A stretch of 64,000 nucleotides of DNA from Anaeromyxobacteraceae bacterium. GTDB taxonomy: Bacteria > Myxococcota > Myxococcia > Myxococcales > Anaeromyxobacteraceae. The notes below the pieces were generated by a model. That model ran no database searches. It saw only the letters and a list, made by a program, of their open reading frames with translations, and was not told the DNA's origin. The stretch's first letter is position 1, and each line of letters begins with the position of its first letter. The position numbers and the translations under genes were made by a program. Of this stretch, positions 9,088 through 18,673 are shown piece after piece. The stretch is from positions 1 through 64,000 of the forward strand of contig JAULAX010000018.1 in assembly GCA_032654565.1 (NCBI GenBank), given 5' to 3'.

Positions 9088-11429
9088 GCGAGGACGGCAC
9101 GCGGCGGCGCTCCGCCGGTTTGAGCCGGAGCCAGTTCCTGCGCCTGGCGGCGCTCGCCCCCGGGGCGATGCTGGCGCCCCGGGCGGCCAGGGGCGGCGCG
9201 ATCGCCTTGACCCGGCCCGGGCTCGACCTGCAGCCGGGCGGGATCGACTTCTCCCCGGCGACCGGGGCGGCGCGCCAGCGCATCCCGTCCGCTTGCTGGC
9301 AGTGTGTCACCCGCTGCGCCATCGTCGGCTACGTCGAGGACGGGCGGGTGGTCAAGATCGAGGGGCAGCCCGAGATGCTCTCGACCGGCGGCACCATCTG
9401 CGCGCGCGGCCAGGCCGGGATCAACCAAGTCTACAACCCCGACCGGGTGCTGCACCCACTCAAACGGGAGGGCCGGCGCGGCGAGGGGAAGTGGGCGCGC
9501 ATCTCCTGGGACGAGGCGCTCGAGCTGCTGGTGAACGGGGGCGAGATCGCCGGGCGGCCGGTGAAGGGGCTGGCCACGCTCCGGGCCGAGGGCCGGCCGG
9601 AGCGGTTCATGTTCCACTACGGGCGCACGGTGGGGAGCGACGCCACCATCCTGCTCCAGCACTTCCTGCCCCGCTACGGCACGGCCACCATCGGAAGCCA
9701 CGACTCGATCTGCATGATGGCCGGCGGCGTCGGCTCCCAGTTGACCGGCGACAGCGCCGGAGTCGCCGACTACCGCGCCGCCAAGGTCATCCTCAACTTC
9801 GGCTCCAGCGAGCTGGAGGCCGGCGTGAACCACGTCCCCCGCGCCCGCGGGTGCGTCGAGGCGCTGGCCCGGGGGGCCCGGCTGTACACCTTCGACGTGC
9901 GCCTCTCCAACACCGCGGCCCGCTCCACCGCCTGGATCCCGGTGAAGCCGGGCACCGATCTCGCGGTGGTCCTGGCGATGTGCAAGGTCCTGCTGGACCA
10001 TGACCTCCACGACGCCGGCTTCATCCGCGACCACACCAACGTGACCGTGGGTGAGCTGAAGGCCCACCTGGCCCCGTACTCGACCGGGTGGGCCGAGCGC
10101 ATCAGCGGCGTCCCGGCGGCACGCCTCACCGAGCTGGCCCTGGAGTTCGGCCGCTCCAGGCCAGGCATGTGCATCAGCGCCCGCGGCGCCTTCATGCACG
10201 CCAACGGCGTGCAGACGCAGCGGGCCATCGACATGCTGCGGATCATCTCCGGCAACGTGAGCTCGACCGGCACAAGCGTCCCCCGCCCCCGTTGGCGCCC
10301 GCCCTTTCCGACCCCGACGCTGGAGCGCCCCTCGAGGAGCCTGGACATCCTGGGCGGCGAGGCGGGGGCCTACGCGATTCCCAGCCAGGACGTCACCCAC
10401 CAGATCGCCCGGATGATCGACAGGGGACCGGAGCGGCCCGACCTGTACCTGGTCTACTGCCACAACCCGGTCTACTCGAACGGAGACTGCCGGGCCAACG
10501 CCCGGCTCTACGCCGACGAGGAGAAGGTCCCCTTCCTGGTGAGCGTGGACGTGGCCATGAGCGAGACCACCGAGCTGGCCGACCTGGTGCTGCCCGACGC
10601 CACCTACCTGGAGCGCTGGACCCTGGAGGGAAAGACCTCGCCGGCGGGAGTCCCCGAGTACTACCTGCGCCAGCCCATGCACGCCCCGCTGGAGGAGGCG
10701 CGGGGCTTCGTCGACGTGGCCTGCGACCTGGCCCGGCGGCTGGGTATGGACCTGGGGTTCTCCTCGGCGGAGGAGTTCGTGCGGGCGGCCTGCGACTCCA
10801 CGCCGGGCGTCAGGGAGGCGGGTGGCTTCGAGTACATGAGGTCGCGCGGCATCTGGCACGACCGGGAGGCCAGGCCGGTCGAGTACCGGCGCGGCCGGGC
10901 GACCATCCGCTCCAGGGAGCTGGAGGAGAAGGGGTTCTCCGACATCGCCGGCTGGATGCCGGTGCCGGGCCACGAGGCCATGGCGGACGACGAGCTGATC
11001 CTGACCACCTTCAAGGTCCCGGTGCAGACCCAGTCACGGACGCAGGGCTGCAAGTGGCTGACGGAGCTGCATCACGAGAACCCGGCCTGGCTCAACCCCA
11101 GGACCGCCGCCGAGCGGAACATCCGCGACGGCGATCGGATCCTGGTCCGCTCGTCGATCGGTGCGATGGAGACCCATGCCCGCGTGACCGAGGGGATCCA
11201 TCCGCGTGCGATCGCCATCTCCCACTCCGCCGGCCACTGGGCCTGGGGTGAGTACGCGTCGGGCCGGCGGAGCGCCGTTCACCAGGCGGAGGACGACGGG
11301 AAGAACCGGTGGTGGACCCGGCACGGCTCGCACCCGAACCTGGTGATCCCCAACGTCGGTGACCCGATCGCAGGATCGATGTGCTGGATGGACACCGTGG
11401 TGAGGGTCGAGCGCGTCGGGGAAGGGTAG
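9084..11429 (+). CDS. Mo/W-bisPGD oxidoreductase catalytic subunit, ArrA/ArxA/PsrA-like clade
   Basis: GGAGG RBS, ATG 9084 overlaps the NrfD stop; CWQCVTRC-X27-C; YNPDRVLHPLKR; SETTELADLVLPDATYLER; C-terminal dinucleotide-binding domain. Confidence 0.93.
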   Translation: MSEDGTRRRSAGLSRSQFLRLAALAPGAMLAPRAARGGAIALTRPGLDLQPGGIDFSPATGAARQRIPSACWQCVTRCAIVGYVEDGRVVKIEGQPEMLSTGGTICARGQAGINQVYNPDRVLHPLKREGRRGEGKWARISWDEALELLVNGGEIAGRPVKGLATLRAEGRPERFMFHYGRTVGSDATILLQHFLPRYGTATIGSHDSICMMAGGVGSQLTGDSAGVADYRAAKVILNFGSSELEAGVNHVPRARGCVEALARGARLYTFDVRLSNTAARSTAWIPVKPGTDLAVVLAMCKVLLDHDLHDAGFIRDHTNVTVGELKAHLAPYSTGWAERISGVPAARLTELALEFGRSRPGMCISARGAFMHANGVQTQRAIDMLRIISGNVSSTGTSVPRPRWRPPFPTPTLERPSRSLDILGGEAGAYAIPSQDVTHQIARMIDRGPERPDLYLVYCHNPVYSNGDCRANARLYADEEKVPFLVSVDVAMSETTELADLVLPDATYLERWTLEGKTSPAGVPEYYLRQPMHAPLEEARGFVDVACDLARRLGMDLGFSSAEEFVRAACDSTPGVREAGGFEYMRSRGIWHDREARPVEYRRGRATIRSRELEEKGFSDIAGWMPVPGHEAMADDELILTTFKVPVQTQSRTQGCKWLTELHHENPAWLNPRTAAERNIRDGDRILVRSSIGAMETHARVTEGIHPRAIAISHSAGHWAWGEYASGRRSAVHQAEDDGKNRWWTRHGSHPNLVIPNVGDPIAGSMCWMDTVVRVERVGEG

Positions 11430-11444
11430 CGAACGGCGCGCAGG

Positions 11445-11885
11445 TCAGGGATCCTTCCTCCCCAGGATCAGGTCCGCCATTCCCTGGCGGGGCTGGCAGA
11501 GCAGCTCCCCGACCTCCCCCCGGAAGGTCAGGGCCGAGACGTGCTCCTGGTGCGTCCCCATCACCACCCGGACCTGCGGGTGCGCCTGCTCCGCGGCGCG
11601 CCGGTACTGCTCCCGGAACGGGCAGAGCGCCTTCACGCAGAAGGTGAAGTGGATGGCGTCGACGCGAAAGGCCGTCAGCGACTCGATGCGGCGCAGCAGC
11701 TTTTCCGGCCCGGCCAGGGTGGGGCAGCCCGGGCAGTTGATGATGCCGACCAGGTCGATGGGCTGGTCGGCCGGGTAGTCGGCGAAGGCGCCCCGCCGCT
11801 TGCGCAGGTCGGCGAGGCAGCTGGCGGAGGCGCAGCCCAGGTCCTGGGTGGCGTTGGAGCAGGTGAGGATTCCGATGCGGGCCAC
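11445..11885 (-). CDS. CGGC-domain-like Cys-rich metal-binding protein
   Basis: IGILTC..GCASASCL..GIINCPGCP..IHFTFC..CPF..VVMGTH pattern. Confidence 0.85.
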   Translation of the reverse strand: MARIGILTCSNATQDLGCASASCLADLRKRRGAFADYPADQPIDLVGIINCPGCPTLAGPEKLLRRIESLTAFRVDAIHFTFCVKALCPFREQYRRAAEQAHPQVRVVMGTHQEHVSALTFRGEVGELLCQPRQGMADLILGRKDP

Positions 11886-11941
11886 GGTCTACCTCCAGTG
11901 TGTCGAGCCGAGTGGCGCCTGGGCGCGTTCGCCGCCAGGGG

Positions 11942-13108
11942 TCATGGCTCGACGACCAGGCGCGCCAGCGCCTCGGTGTCGAAGCTGGTCTCGTTGCCGA
12001 TGACGGCGACGACGTAGCCGAGGCGTGGATAGACTCGCAGCTCGGAGCGGAAGCCACCGCCACCGCCGATGTGGCGCGCGTAGGGCTCGCCGTCGAGCTC
12101 TCCCAGGTGCCAGCCCAGCCCGATGGGGAGCGCAGCGCCAGAGGTGGTCCGCGCCGGAGTCAGCGCCGCGGCGGCGCTGGCGGGCGACAGGAGGGTCTGG
12201 CCGTCGAGCCGGCCGCCAGCGAGCATGGCCAGGCCGAGGCGGACCAGCTCCGGCGCCGGCCCGACCAGGCCGCCGTAGGGCGCGCCATCCACCGCGAAGG
12301 GGCGCAGCGCCGTCAACCGGCCCTGGGTGTCGCCGAAGTACCGCTGGTCCAGCATCCACCAGGCAGCCAGGCCCATCACCGACCACCGGGCCGAGTACCC
12401 GGTGGCCACGGCGGGAGAGACGGAGAACGAGCTGCGGGACATCCCGAGCGGCGCCAGGACGTGGTCGGACACGTAATCCTGGTAGCGCTCGCCTGAGACC
12501 CGCTCAATCAGCTGTCCGAGCACCAGGTAGCCCAGGTTGGAGTACTTGAAGCTCGACCCGGGCTCGAACTCCAGGTCGCCGTGGGCGGCGAGGAGCCTCA
12601 CGGTCAGCTCGTCGAGGCCCGGCCCGGCCTCGTCGGCCAGGTGGATCCAGGTCACCGGGATGGGGTTGGCGAGCCCCGAGGTGTGGGAGACCAGCTCCCG
12701 GACCGTCGGCGGGCGCCCACCTCGCGGCACGAATGAGGGCAGGTAGCGGGTCACCGGCTCGTCGAGGGCGATCTTCCCCTCGTCGACCAGCTGGAGGACC
12801 GCGGTGGCGGTGAAGAGCTTGGTCACCGAGAACCAGGGCCAGAGCGTCTCGGGCGTGGCTGGGGCGGCTGGCGAGAGGCGAGCCCGGCCGGCCGAGCGGA
12901 CCAGCGCCCTGCCGTCCGCCCAAGCCACGGCGACCACGACGCCGGGCGCGCGACCGCTGACCGTCTCCCGCTCCAGGAGGCGCTCCAGCTCGCTGGTCCT
13001 GACGTGGGCCAGTCGGTGTGCCTTGCAGCCCAGCATGAGCCCTCCACCGACGAGCAAGGCCAGAAGCGCCGCCGGTCCCGAGGTGATCCTGGAGTTCACG
13101 ACGCTCAT
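11942..13108 (-). CDS. Serine hydrolase (beta-lactamase/PBP-like), probable lipoprotein
   Basis: SVTK (SxxK), YSN, HIGG; MLGC lipobox; start approximate. Confidence 0.9.
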   Translation of the reverse strand: MSVVNSRITSGPAALLALLVGGGLMLGCKAHRLAHVRTSELERLLERETVSGRAPGVVVAVAWADGRALVRSAGRARLSPAAPATPETLWPWFSVTKLFTATAVLQLVDEGKIALDEPVTRYLPSFVPRGGRPPTVRELVSHTSGLANPIPVTWIHLADEAGPGLDELTVRLLAAHGDLEFEPGSSFKYSNLGYLVLGQLIERVSGERYQDYVSDHVLAPLGMSRSSFSVSPAVATGYSARWSVMGLAAWWMLDQRYFGDTQGRLTALRPFAVDGAPYGGLVGPAPELVRLGLAMLAGGRLDGQTLLSPASAAAALTPARTTSGAALPIGLGWHLGELDGEPYARHIGGGGGFRSELRVYPRLGYVVAVIGNETSFDTEALARLVVEP

Positions 13109-13350
13109 GGTCCACCCATCACGCCACGGCCTCCCCGCGACACCGCGGTCGAGGCGAAACAGGTGGATCCTGTCCGGATCGCGGTTCGACATTCACGGCC
13201 ACGGGCGCCCGGGATCCTCCCTGAGGATGCGAGGCTACTCGATGTCGCCTGCGCCGGCGTTGCGTGGACGCCGGGCCGGCTTGCGCGAGTACACCTACCT
13301 GGTCGCCCTCCAACCCGGTATGAGAGGCCGCAGGAGCCCGGGCCCCAGCC

Positions 13351-14202
13351 ATGAATCCGAACCCGCTGACAACCGCGGCGCCGACCGCACTCGGCACCGG
13401 CCAGGCCGACAGGTACCTGCGCCTGCTCCGGGTGCGCAGGCAGGACCCGACCTGGATGGCGCTGGTGGAGCTGGTCGCCGCCCACCTGACCCGAGTCCCA
13501 TTCGAGAACCTCTCCAAGCTCTACCGTCACAGGCACCTGGGCCAGACCGGGCTCACCGGCATCGACGACTTCCTGGACGGCATCGAGCGCTTCCACTTCG
13601 GGGGAACCTGCTACTCGAACAACTACCACCTGTACTCGCTGCTGCTGAGCCTGGGGTACGAGGCCAGGCTCTGCGGCGCCGACATGCGGGCGCCGGACTC
13701 CCACCTGGTGATCGTGGTGCGCCTGGCGGGGCGCGACTACCTGGTGGACGCGGGGTACGGAGGGCCCTTCATGCGGCCGCTGCCGCTCGATGCCCTGGCC
13801 GACCTGGAGTTCACGCTGGGCCGTGATCGGTACCTCCTCAGGGCGCGAGACCGGGCCGGTCACTCGCGCCTGGAGCTTCACCGGGACGGACGGCTGGTGC
13901 ACGGGTACCGGGCCAACCCCGCGCCGCGACGCATCGAGGAGTTCGGCGAGGTCATCCGCCGGTCCTTCCTTCCCGAGGCAGTTTTCCTCAACACCGTGGT
14001 GCTGGTCCGGTTCACCGCTGGCAAAGCCGTCACCATCCACAATCGTTCGCTGATCCGCTGCGAGGGCTCCCGGACCGAGATCTCGCCGCTGCGCGACCGG
14101 CACGAGCAGATCGAGGAGATCGAGCGCTGGTTCGGCATCCCGGCGCGCATCGCGGCGGCGGCGCTGGAAGGTCTCCACGCCGAGGAGGACCCGTGGGCGT
14201 GA
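13351..14202 (+). CDS. Arylamine N-acetyltransferase
   Basis: VPFENL, GGTC, SHL, LVDAGYG (Cys-His-Asp triad). Confidence 0.92.
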   Translation: MNPNPLTTAAPTALGTGQADRYLRLLRVRRQDPTWMALVELVAAHLTRVPFENLSKLYRHRHLGQTGLTGIDDFLDGIERFHFGGTCYSNNYHLYSLLLSLGYEARLCGADMRAPDSHLVIVVRLAGRDYLVDAGYGGPFMRPLPLDALADLEFTLGRDRYLLRARDRAGHSRLELHRDGRLVHGYRANPAPRRIEEFGEVIRRSFLPEAVFLNTVVLVRFTAGKAVTIHNRSLIRCEGSRTEISPLRDRHEQIEEIERWFGIPARIAAAALEGLHAEEDPWA

Positions 14203-15368
14203 ACCGGATCGGCGCCACCGCGCGCCTGGTGGTGGCCGCCAGCCTCAGCCTGGCCAGTTGCCGGACGACCTTGCCGCCCTACCAGCCCCGGCCCGACCGA
14301 GACGCGGGGGTTGGGAACATGGATGGTGCCAGCGCCGAGCGGCTCCAGGCCACGCTGGATCGCTCCGTCCAGCGGCTCGACCTGCCCGGGCTGCAGGCCA
14401 CCATCCGGCTTGGCGACGGACGCACCTGGACCGGCGTGAGCGGGACCGCCGACGCCGATCGGAAGTTCCCGCTCCGTCAGAACGCCGCCTTCCGGGTGGG
14501 AAGCCTGACCAAGCTCTACACTGCAACCCTGGTGTTGCTGCTGGTCGACGAGGGGCGGCTGTCCCTGGACGACACCATCGCGAACTGGCTCCCCGGCTAC
14601 CCCAACGCCAGCCGCATCGCCATCCGGCAGCTTCTCTCGCACCGGAGCGGCGCGGCCGAGCTCCTGACAAGCACCTGGGTGAAGGTGAGGTCCTCCTTCG
14701 CGGCCACGACCTGGAAGCCGGAGGAGCTGGTCGCGGCCGCCGCCGGCCTGGACCCGTCGGCGGCCGGGGAGGGGTTCGCCTACTCCAACACCAACTATGT
14801 CCTGCTCGGCGTGATCTGCGAGCGAGTGACCGGGAAGTCGCTGGCCGGCCTGCTGCGTGAGCGCATCGCCGATCCGCTGCGGCTCCAAGCCACCCGGCTG
14901 GTTCCCTATGATCCCCCGCCAGCCGGCCTCACCACCGGCTTCGACCGGGACATGCTCCCGCTCCCCGGGCTCTACAGGCTGGAGCCCGGCGACGCCTCCT
15001 GGGCCACGGTCGCCTATGCCGCGGGGGCCCTGGTCTCCACCACAGAGGAGCTGGTCCGCTTCCTGGACGCCCTGGTGGACCACCGGATCCTCTCCGCCAG
15101 ATCCCTGGAGGACATGCTGTCATTCCAGGAGGCGCCCATGGCCGGGCGTCCCGAGCAGCGTGGCTACGGCCTGGGGATCTCGCGCGTGGAGGTGGCCGGC
15201 CTGGAGCACTGGGGCCATGCCGGCCTCTTCATCGGCTCCTCGGCCATCGCGCTCCACGCTCCGGGCTGCGGGCTCACCGTCGCGGTGGCCGGAAACCTCT
15301 CGACCTTCGACGTGGTCTCGGTGGCCGCCGAACTGGAGCACGCGGCGGGCAACTGTGCCCTCGAGTGA
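14199..15368 (+). CDS. Serine hydrolase (D-Ala-D-Ala carboxypeptidase/beta-lactamase-like), lipoprotein
   Basis: LASC lipobox; FRVGSLTK; YSNTNY; WGHAG; GTGA overlap with the NAT gene. Confidence 0.9.
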   Translation: MNRIGATARLVVAASLSLASCRTTLPPYQPRPDRDAGVGNMDGASAERLQATLDRSVQRLDLPGLQATIRLGDGRTWTGVSGTADADRKFPLRQNAAFRVGSLTKLYTATLVLLLVDEGRLSLDDTIANWLPGYPNASRIAIRQLLSHRSGAAELLTSTWVKVRSSFAATTWKPEELVAAAAGLDPSAAGEGFAYSNTNYVLLGVICERVTGKSLAGLLRERIADPLRLQATRLVPYDPPPAGLTTGFDRDMLPLPGLYRLEPGDASWATVAYAAGALVSTTEELVRFLDALVDHRILSARSLEDMLSFQEAPMAGRPEQRGYGLGISRVEVAGLEHWGHAGLFIGSSAIALHAPGCGLTVAVAGNLSTFDVVSVAAELEHAAGNCALE

Positions 15369-15387
15369 AGTGGGGCGGTGTACCTGT
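15353..15387 (+). promoter_or_regulatory. CTGT-N21-GTGTACCTGT box (MocR-type candidate) upstream of LysR
   Basis: Same sequence and spacing as the boxes at 1425-1510. Confidence 0.55.
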
Positions 15388-15491
15388 ACGGCCCGGGCCC
15401 GGGGCGCCAGGTTGGGCCGGGCCGGGTGACAGGGGTGGCGCCAATTCCGCCGCGGCGTCGACCGATGCATCGTACTTCGTGGAGACGAGGC

Positions 15492-16475
15492 ATGGAGACT
15501 TCCAATCTGGACTGGAACTCGCTGCAGTTCGTGCTGGCGCTCGGCCGGCTCGGCTCGCTGGAGGCCGCCGCCAAGAAGCTGGGCGTCAACTCATCGACGG
15601 TGAGCCGCCGGGTCCGCTCGCTCGAGCATCATGTCGGGGCTCGCCTCTTCGACCGCACCGGATCGGGCCACCGCCTGACCGCGGTCGGCCAGGAGATGCT
15701 CAAGACGGCCGAGAAGGTGGAAGTGGACGTCGCCACCCTGGAGCGGCTGGCCGACCGGGCCGACGAGCGGCTCGAGGGGACGATCCGCGTCGCTGCGGGG
15801 GACTCCATCGGCGGCTTCCTGGCCCCCATGGTGGCCAGCTTCCACCGGCAACACCCCCTGGTGATCTTCGAGATCCTCGCCAGCGCCCGGCTCTCCAGCC
15901 TGGTCCACCGGGAGGCTGACATGGCCGTCCGCTTTCTGCGGCCTACCCAGGTCAGGCTGGTCTCTCGCCACATCGCCACGGTGGGGTATGGGCTCTACGC
16001 CGCGCCCGAGTACCTCTCCGGCCATCCGTTCCGAGCCGGAACCCCGACTCGTGGCCACCAGCTGCTCGGCTACCACGGGAGCCTGGCCCACCTCCCCGAG
16101 GCCCGCTGGCTCGACCAGCGGGCCGCCGAGGGGACCATGGCCCTGCGCGCCGATCGGGTCGACCCGCTGCTGGTCGCGGCCGGCCGCGGCCTGGGACTGG
16201 CGGTGCTCCCTTGCTGCCTCGCCGACGCCGACCCGCGGGTGGTCCGCCTCCTGGGCCCTGATCAGGTGGTGACGCGCAACCTCTGGCTGGTGGTCCACAG
16301 CGACATCCGGCGCCTGGCGAGGGTGCGCGCCTTTACCGACTTCCTGGTCACGGAGACCCGGGCCAAGGCCGGCACACTCCGCGGCGACTCGCTGGAGGCC
16401 GAGCCGAGCCACGAGGAGCACGGTGCCGAAGCGGCGGACCTGACGGTCCTGCGCGGTCCGTGGCAGTCAGCCTGA
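15492..16475 (+). CDS. LysR family regulator (paralog 1)
   Basis: LDWNSLQFVLAL..GSLEAAAKKLGVNSSTVSRRVRSLE..LFDRT HTH plus substrate-binding domain. Confidence 0.95.
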   Translation: METSNLDWNSLQFVLALGRLGSLEAAAKKLGVNSSTVSRRVRSLEHHVGARLFDRTGSGHRLTAVGQEMLKTAEKVEVDVATLERLADRADERLEGTIRVAAGDSIGGFLAPMVASFHRQHPLVIFEILASARLSSLVHREADMAVRFLRPTQVRLVSRHIATVGYGLYAAPEYLSGHPFRAGTPTRGHQLLGYHGSLAHLPEARWLDQRAAEGTMALRADRVDPLLVAAGRGLGLAVLPCCLADADPRVVRLLGPDQVVTRNLWLVVHSDIRRLARVRAFTDFLVTETRAKAGTLRGDSLEAEPSHEEHGAEAADLTVLRGPWQSA

Positions 16476-16481
16476 CCAGGA

Positions 16482-16668
16482 CCACTCGACGTGCTCGAGC
16501 TCGAACCGCCGGCGGACCTGGCTGGACCCCGGGGACAGGACCTCCATGGCCTCCTCGACCCGCCGCCTGGTCCGGGGTGGGCCCGCGATGACCAGCGGGG
16601 CGGTTCGCCGCGGGTAGAGCTGGGCGTCGAGGATGAAGAAGGGCACGCCGCCGAAGTGGTCGCCGTGG
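16482..16668 (-). pseudogene. 187-bp internal fragment of the MBL-fold hydrolase gene (diverged direct repeat of 19061-19247)
   Basis: Ungapped alignment, about 16 mismatches in 187 nt by hand count; encodes HGDHFGGVPFFILDAQLY...EHVEW without a start. Confidence 0.9.
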
Positions 16669-16681
16669 CGGCGCTCTGTGG

Positions 16682-17404
16682 TCACCCGGCTCGCTTGAAC
16701 ACCAGGAACGTCTGGTAGGGAAGCAGCGCCTGTTCGTCGGACTCGAGGACGAACCCGGCCTCCTGGACGAGCCGGACGAGCGTCGTCTTGGGGACATTGA
16801 TGGCTTCGGGAGGCCCCTGCGGCAGCTGCCCCTCGCGGAACTCGATCATGACCAGGCGGGTGCCGGGCTTCGTCTCCCGGGCAAGCTTCCCAAGCCAGGC
16901 CTCGCGCTTCGCCACGTGGTGGAGCACGTCCGAGATGAACACCAGGTCCGCGCCGGCCGGGACCGCGGGGTCCTCCGCGTCGGCCAGGACCACGCTGACG
17001 TTCGGGATGGCCTCGGCCAGGACCTTGTGGTGGAGGTGCCGGACCATCTCCGGGTCGATGTCGGTGGCCACCACCTTCCCGCGTGGCAGCACCTTGGCGA
17101 GGCGGAACGTGAAGTAGCCGGAGCCTGCGCCGACGTCTGCCACGGTCTCGTTCCCCTCGAGCCTGAGGGCACGGATGACCGAGTCCGGCCTCTGCCAGTC
17201 GGCCCGATCCGGGCGCTCCAGGAACTCGATGTACTTCTCCGTCGCGGCGAAGGGCTTGAGGTCGGCGGGACTCACGCCCTTGGAGTGGAGAGGGCAGTCG
17301 ATGGGCGTCTGGCCGGGAGCAGGGCCCTCTGCGCCAGCGTCGCTGACGGCCGCCGCAGCCAGCGCCAGCGACACGAGCACAGCCTTGAAGCTCGGAACGT
17401 TCAT
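16682..17404 (-). CDS. Class I SAM-dependent methyltransferase with N-terminal signal peptide
   Basis: VADVGAGSGYF motif I; VATDID; DVLHHV; hydrophobic leader. Confidence 0.9.
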   Translation of the reverse strand: MNVPSFKAVLVSLALAAAAVSDAGAEGPAPGQTPIDCPLHSKGVSPADLKPFAATEKYIEFLERPDRADWQRPDSVIRALRLEGNETVADVGAGSGYFTFRLAKVLPRGKVVATDIDPEMVRHLHHKVLAEAIPNVSVVLADAEDPAVPAGADLVFISDVLHHVAKREAWLGKLARETKPGTRLVMIEFREGQLPQGPPEAINVPKTTLVRLVQEAGFVLESDEQALLPYQTFLVFKRAG

Positions 17405-17528
17405 GGGTCTCCTCGAGGTCGACCGTCGCAGCCGAGGTGGATGGGTATTGGTAGCTTGGCCGAGGGCCAACCGGCGCCTGCGCGCTCAAGGCACCGCAGC
17501 ATGGCTCGGGGAGAGGTCACGGGTTCAG

Positions 17529-18251
17529 CTACTGGGCGGTGAAGATGCTGATCTGGTTGATGGAGTTGGTGGAGTCGAGCACGCTGAGCGCGCTGCCCGA
17601 GGTGGCTCCAGCGATGGGGATCTCCTGCACCGGCATGATCTGGGCGGCGTACTGGAGGCCGGCGGTGAATGTCCCCGCAGGCACGGTGTCCGAGGCGACA
17701 CCAACCGGGTGAAGTGGCGTGCCAGGTGGGGGATACCCCATGCCCAGTTGCTGGAAGCAGATGACCTTGAAGCGGTAGCCAGAGAGGCGCCCCGATGGGA
17801 AGGTCGGGCTCCAGGAGAAGGTGTTCGAGGCGGCCGCGATGATCGAGCCAGGCGCCGGCCCGGTGAAGGACGACACGATCGCGTACTCGTCTGCGGTGGC
17901 GGAGTAGGTGACGCCGTCGAGCTGAATCGTCAGATTGAAGGTGTTGCCTGCGACATGGATGGGAGCTGTCAGGTGCTGATACTGCTGGACCATGCCGAGG
18001 TACGGGATGGCCACGCCATTGACGGCGACCGTGGCATCGGCGACGAGGGTCGAGGTGCCTCGCAGGAGCACCCCAGTCACGGCGTAGACGGGATTCGCGG
18101 TGGTGCCTCCCTTATCGATCGCCATCCGGATGTGGATCGACGCTCCGGGGGGCGGGCCGCCGCCGGGCGGTACCGGTCCCGCTCCACCGCCACAGGCGGA
18201 GAGCGAGAAGGCCCACAGCATGGCGGTAAGCACGGCGGTCCGGAATGCCAT
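17529..18251 (-). CDS. Hypothetical beta-rich lipoprotein
   Basis: LSAC lipobox followed by a GP-rich linker; visibly lower GC than neighbours. Confidence 0.75.
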   Translation of the reverse strand: MAFRTAVLTAMLWAFSLSACGGGAGPVPPGGGPPPGASIHIRMAIDKGGTTANPVYAVTGVLLRGTSTLVADATVAVNGVAIPYLGMVQQYQHLTAPIHVAGNTFNLTIQLDGVTYSATADEYAIVSSFTGPAPGSIIAAASNTFSWSPTFPSGRLSGYRFKVICFQQLGMGYPPPGTPLHPVGVASDTVPAGTFTAGLQYAAQIMPVQEIPIAGATSGSALSVLDSTNSINQISIFTAQ

Positions 18252-18358
18252 TCCTTCCTCCCATGCTGCGCTTGGCGAAGTTGTCGACGTCGACCCGCTC
18301 AGGCGCTGGCGAGGGCACCAACCGAGCAAGGTGGTGCCGTTCCATGGCGACGCCACGA

Positions 18359-18562
18359 TCACTGCCGGCACCACCCGTCGAAGCAGACGTCCCTGCCGAC
18401 GCACTCGGACTGAGAGGCGCATGCTTGCGGCGGCCTCGGCGCCACCTTCGGGCCGTCACCTGCGGTCCGCGGCGAGGTGGTCACGCAGCCAGCGCAGGAC
18501 AGGGTGAGCGTGTGCACCATCGCGGCGCGAAGAAGCGGGACGGGCAGGTTCAGGGGAGTCAC
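18359..18562 (-). CDS. Small Cys-rich putative lipoprotein (67 aa)
   Basis: GAGGAGG RBS then GTG; LSCAGC; C-terminal CASQSECVGRDVCFDGWC. Confidence 0.6.
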   Translation of the reverse strand: MTPLNLPVPLLRAAMVHTLTLSCAGCVTTSPRTAGDGPKVAPRPPQACASQSECVGRDVCFDGWCRQ

Positions 18563-18673
18563 TTGAGGCCTCCTCGAAATGCTACGCGCCTCGTTAGCAT
18601 GATCGCGTCCGACCCAGCCTTGCACCGACGCCGAGGTGGCTTGCTGTCGTGCGGGCAGCGCCGGGGCACCGGC

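Noticed and set aside
11445..11885. CGGC protein as part of the molybdoenzyme operon
   Set aside because: It is convergent and appears to follow the serine hydrolase gene; a functional link cannot be supported from sequence alone.
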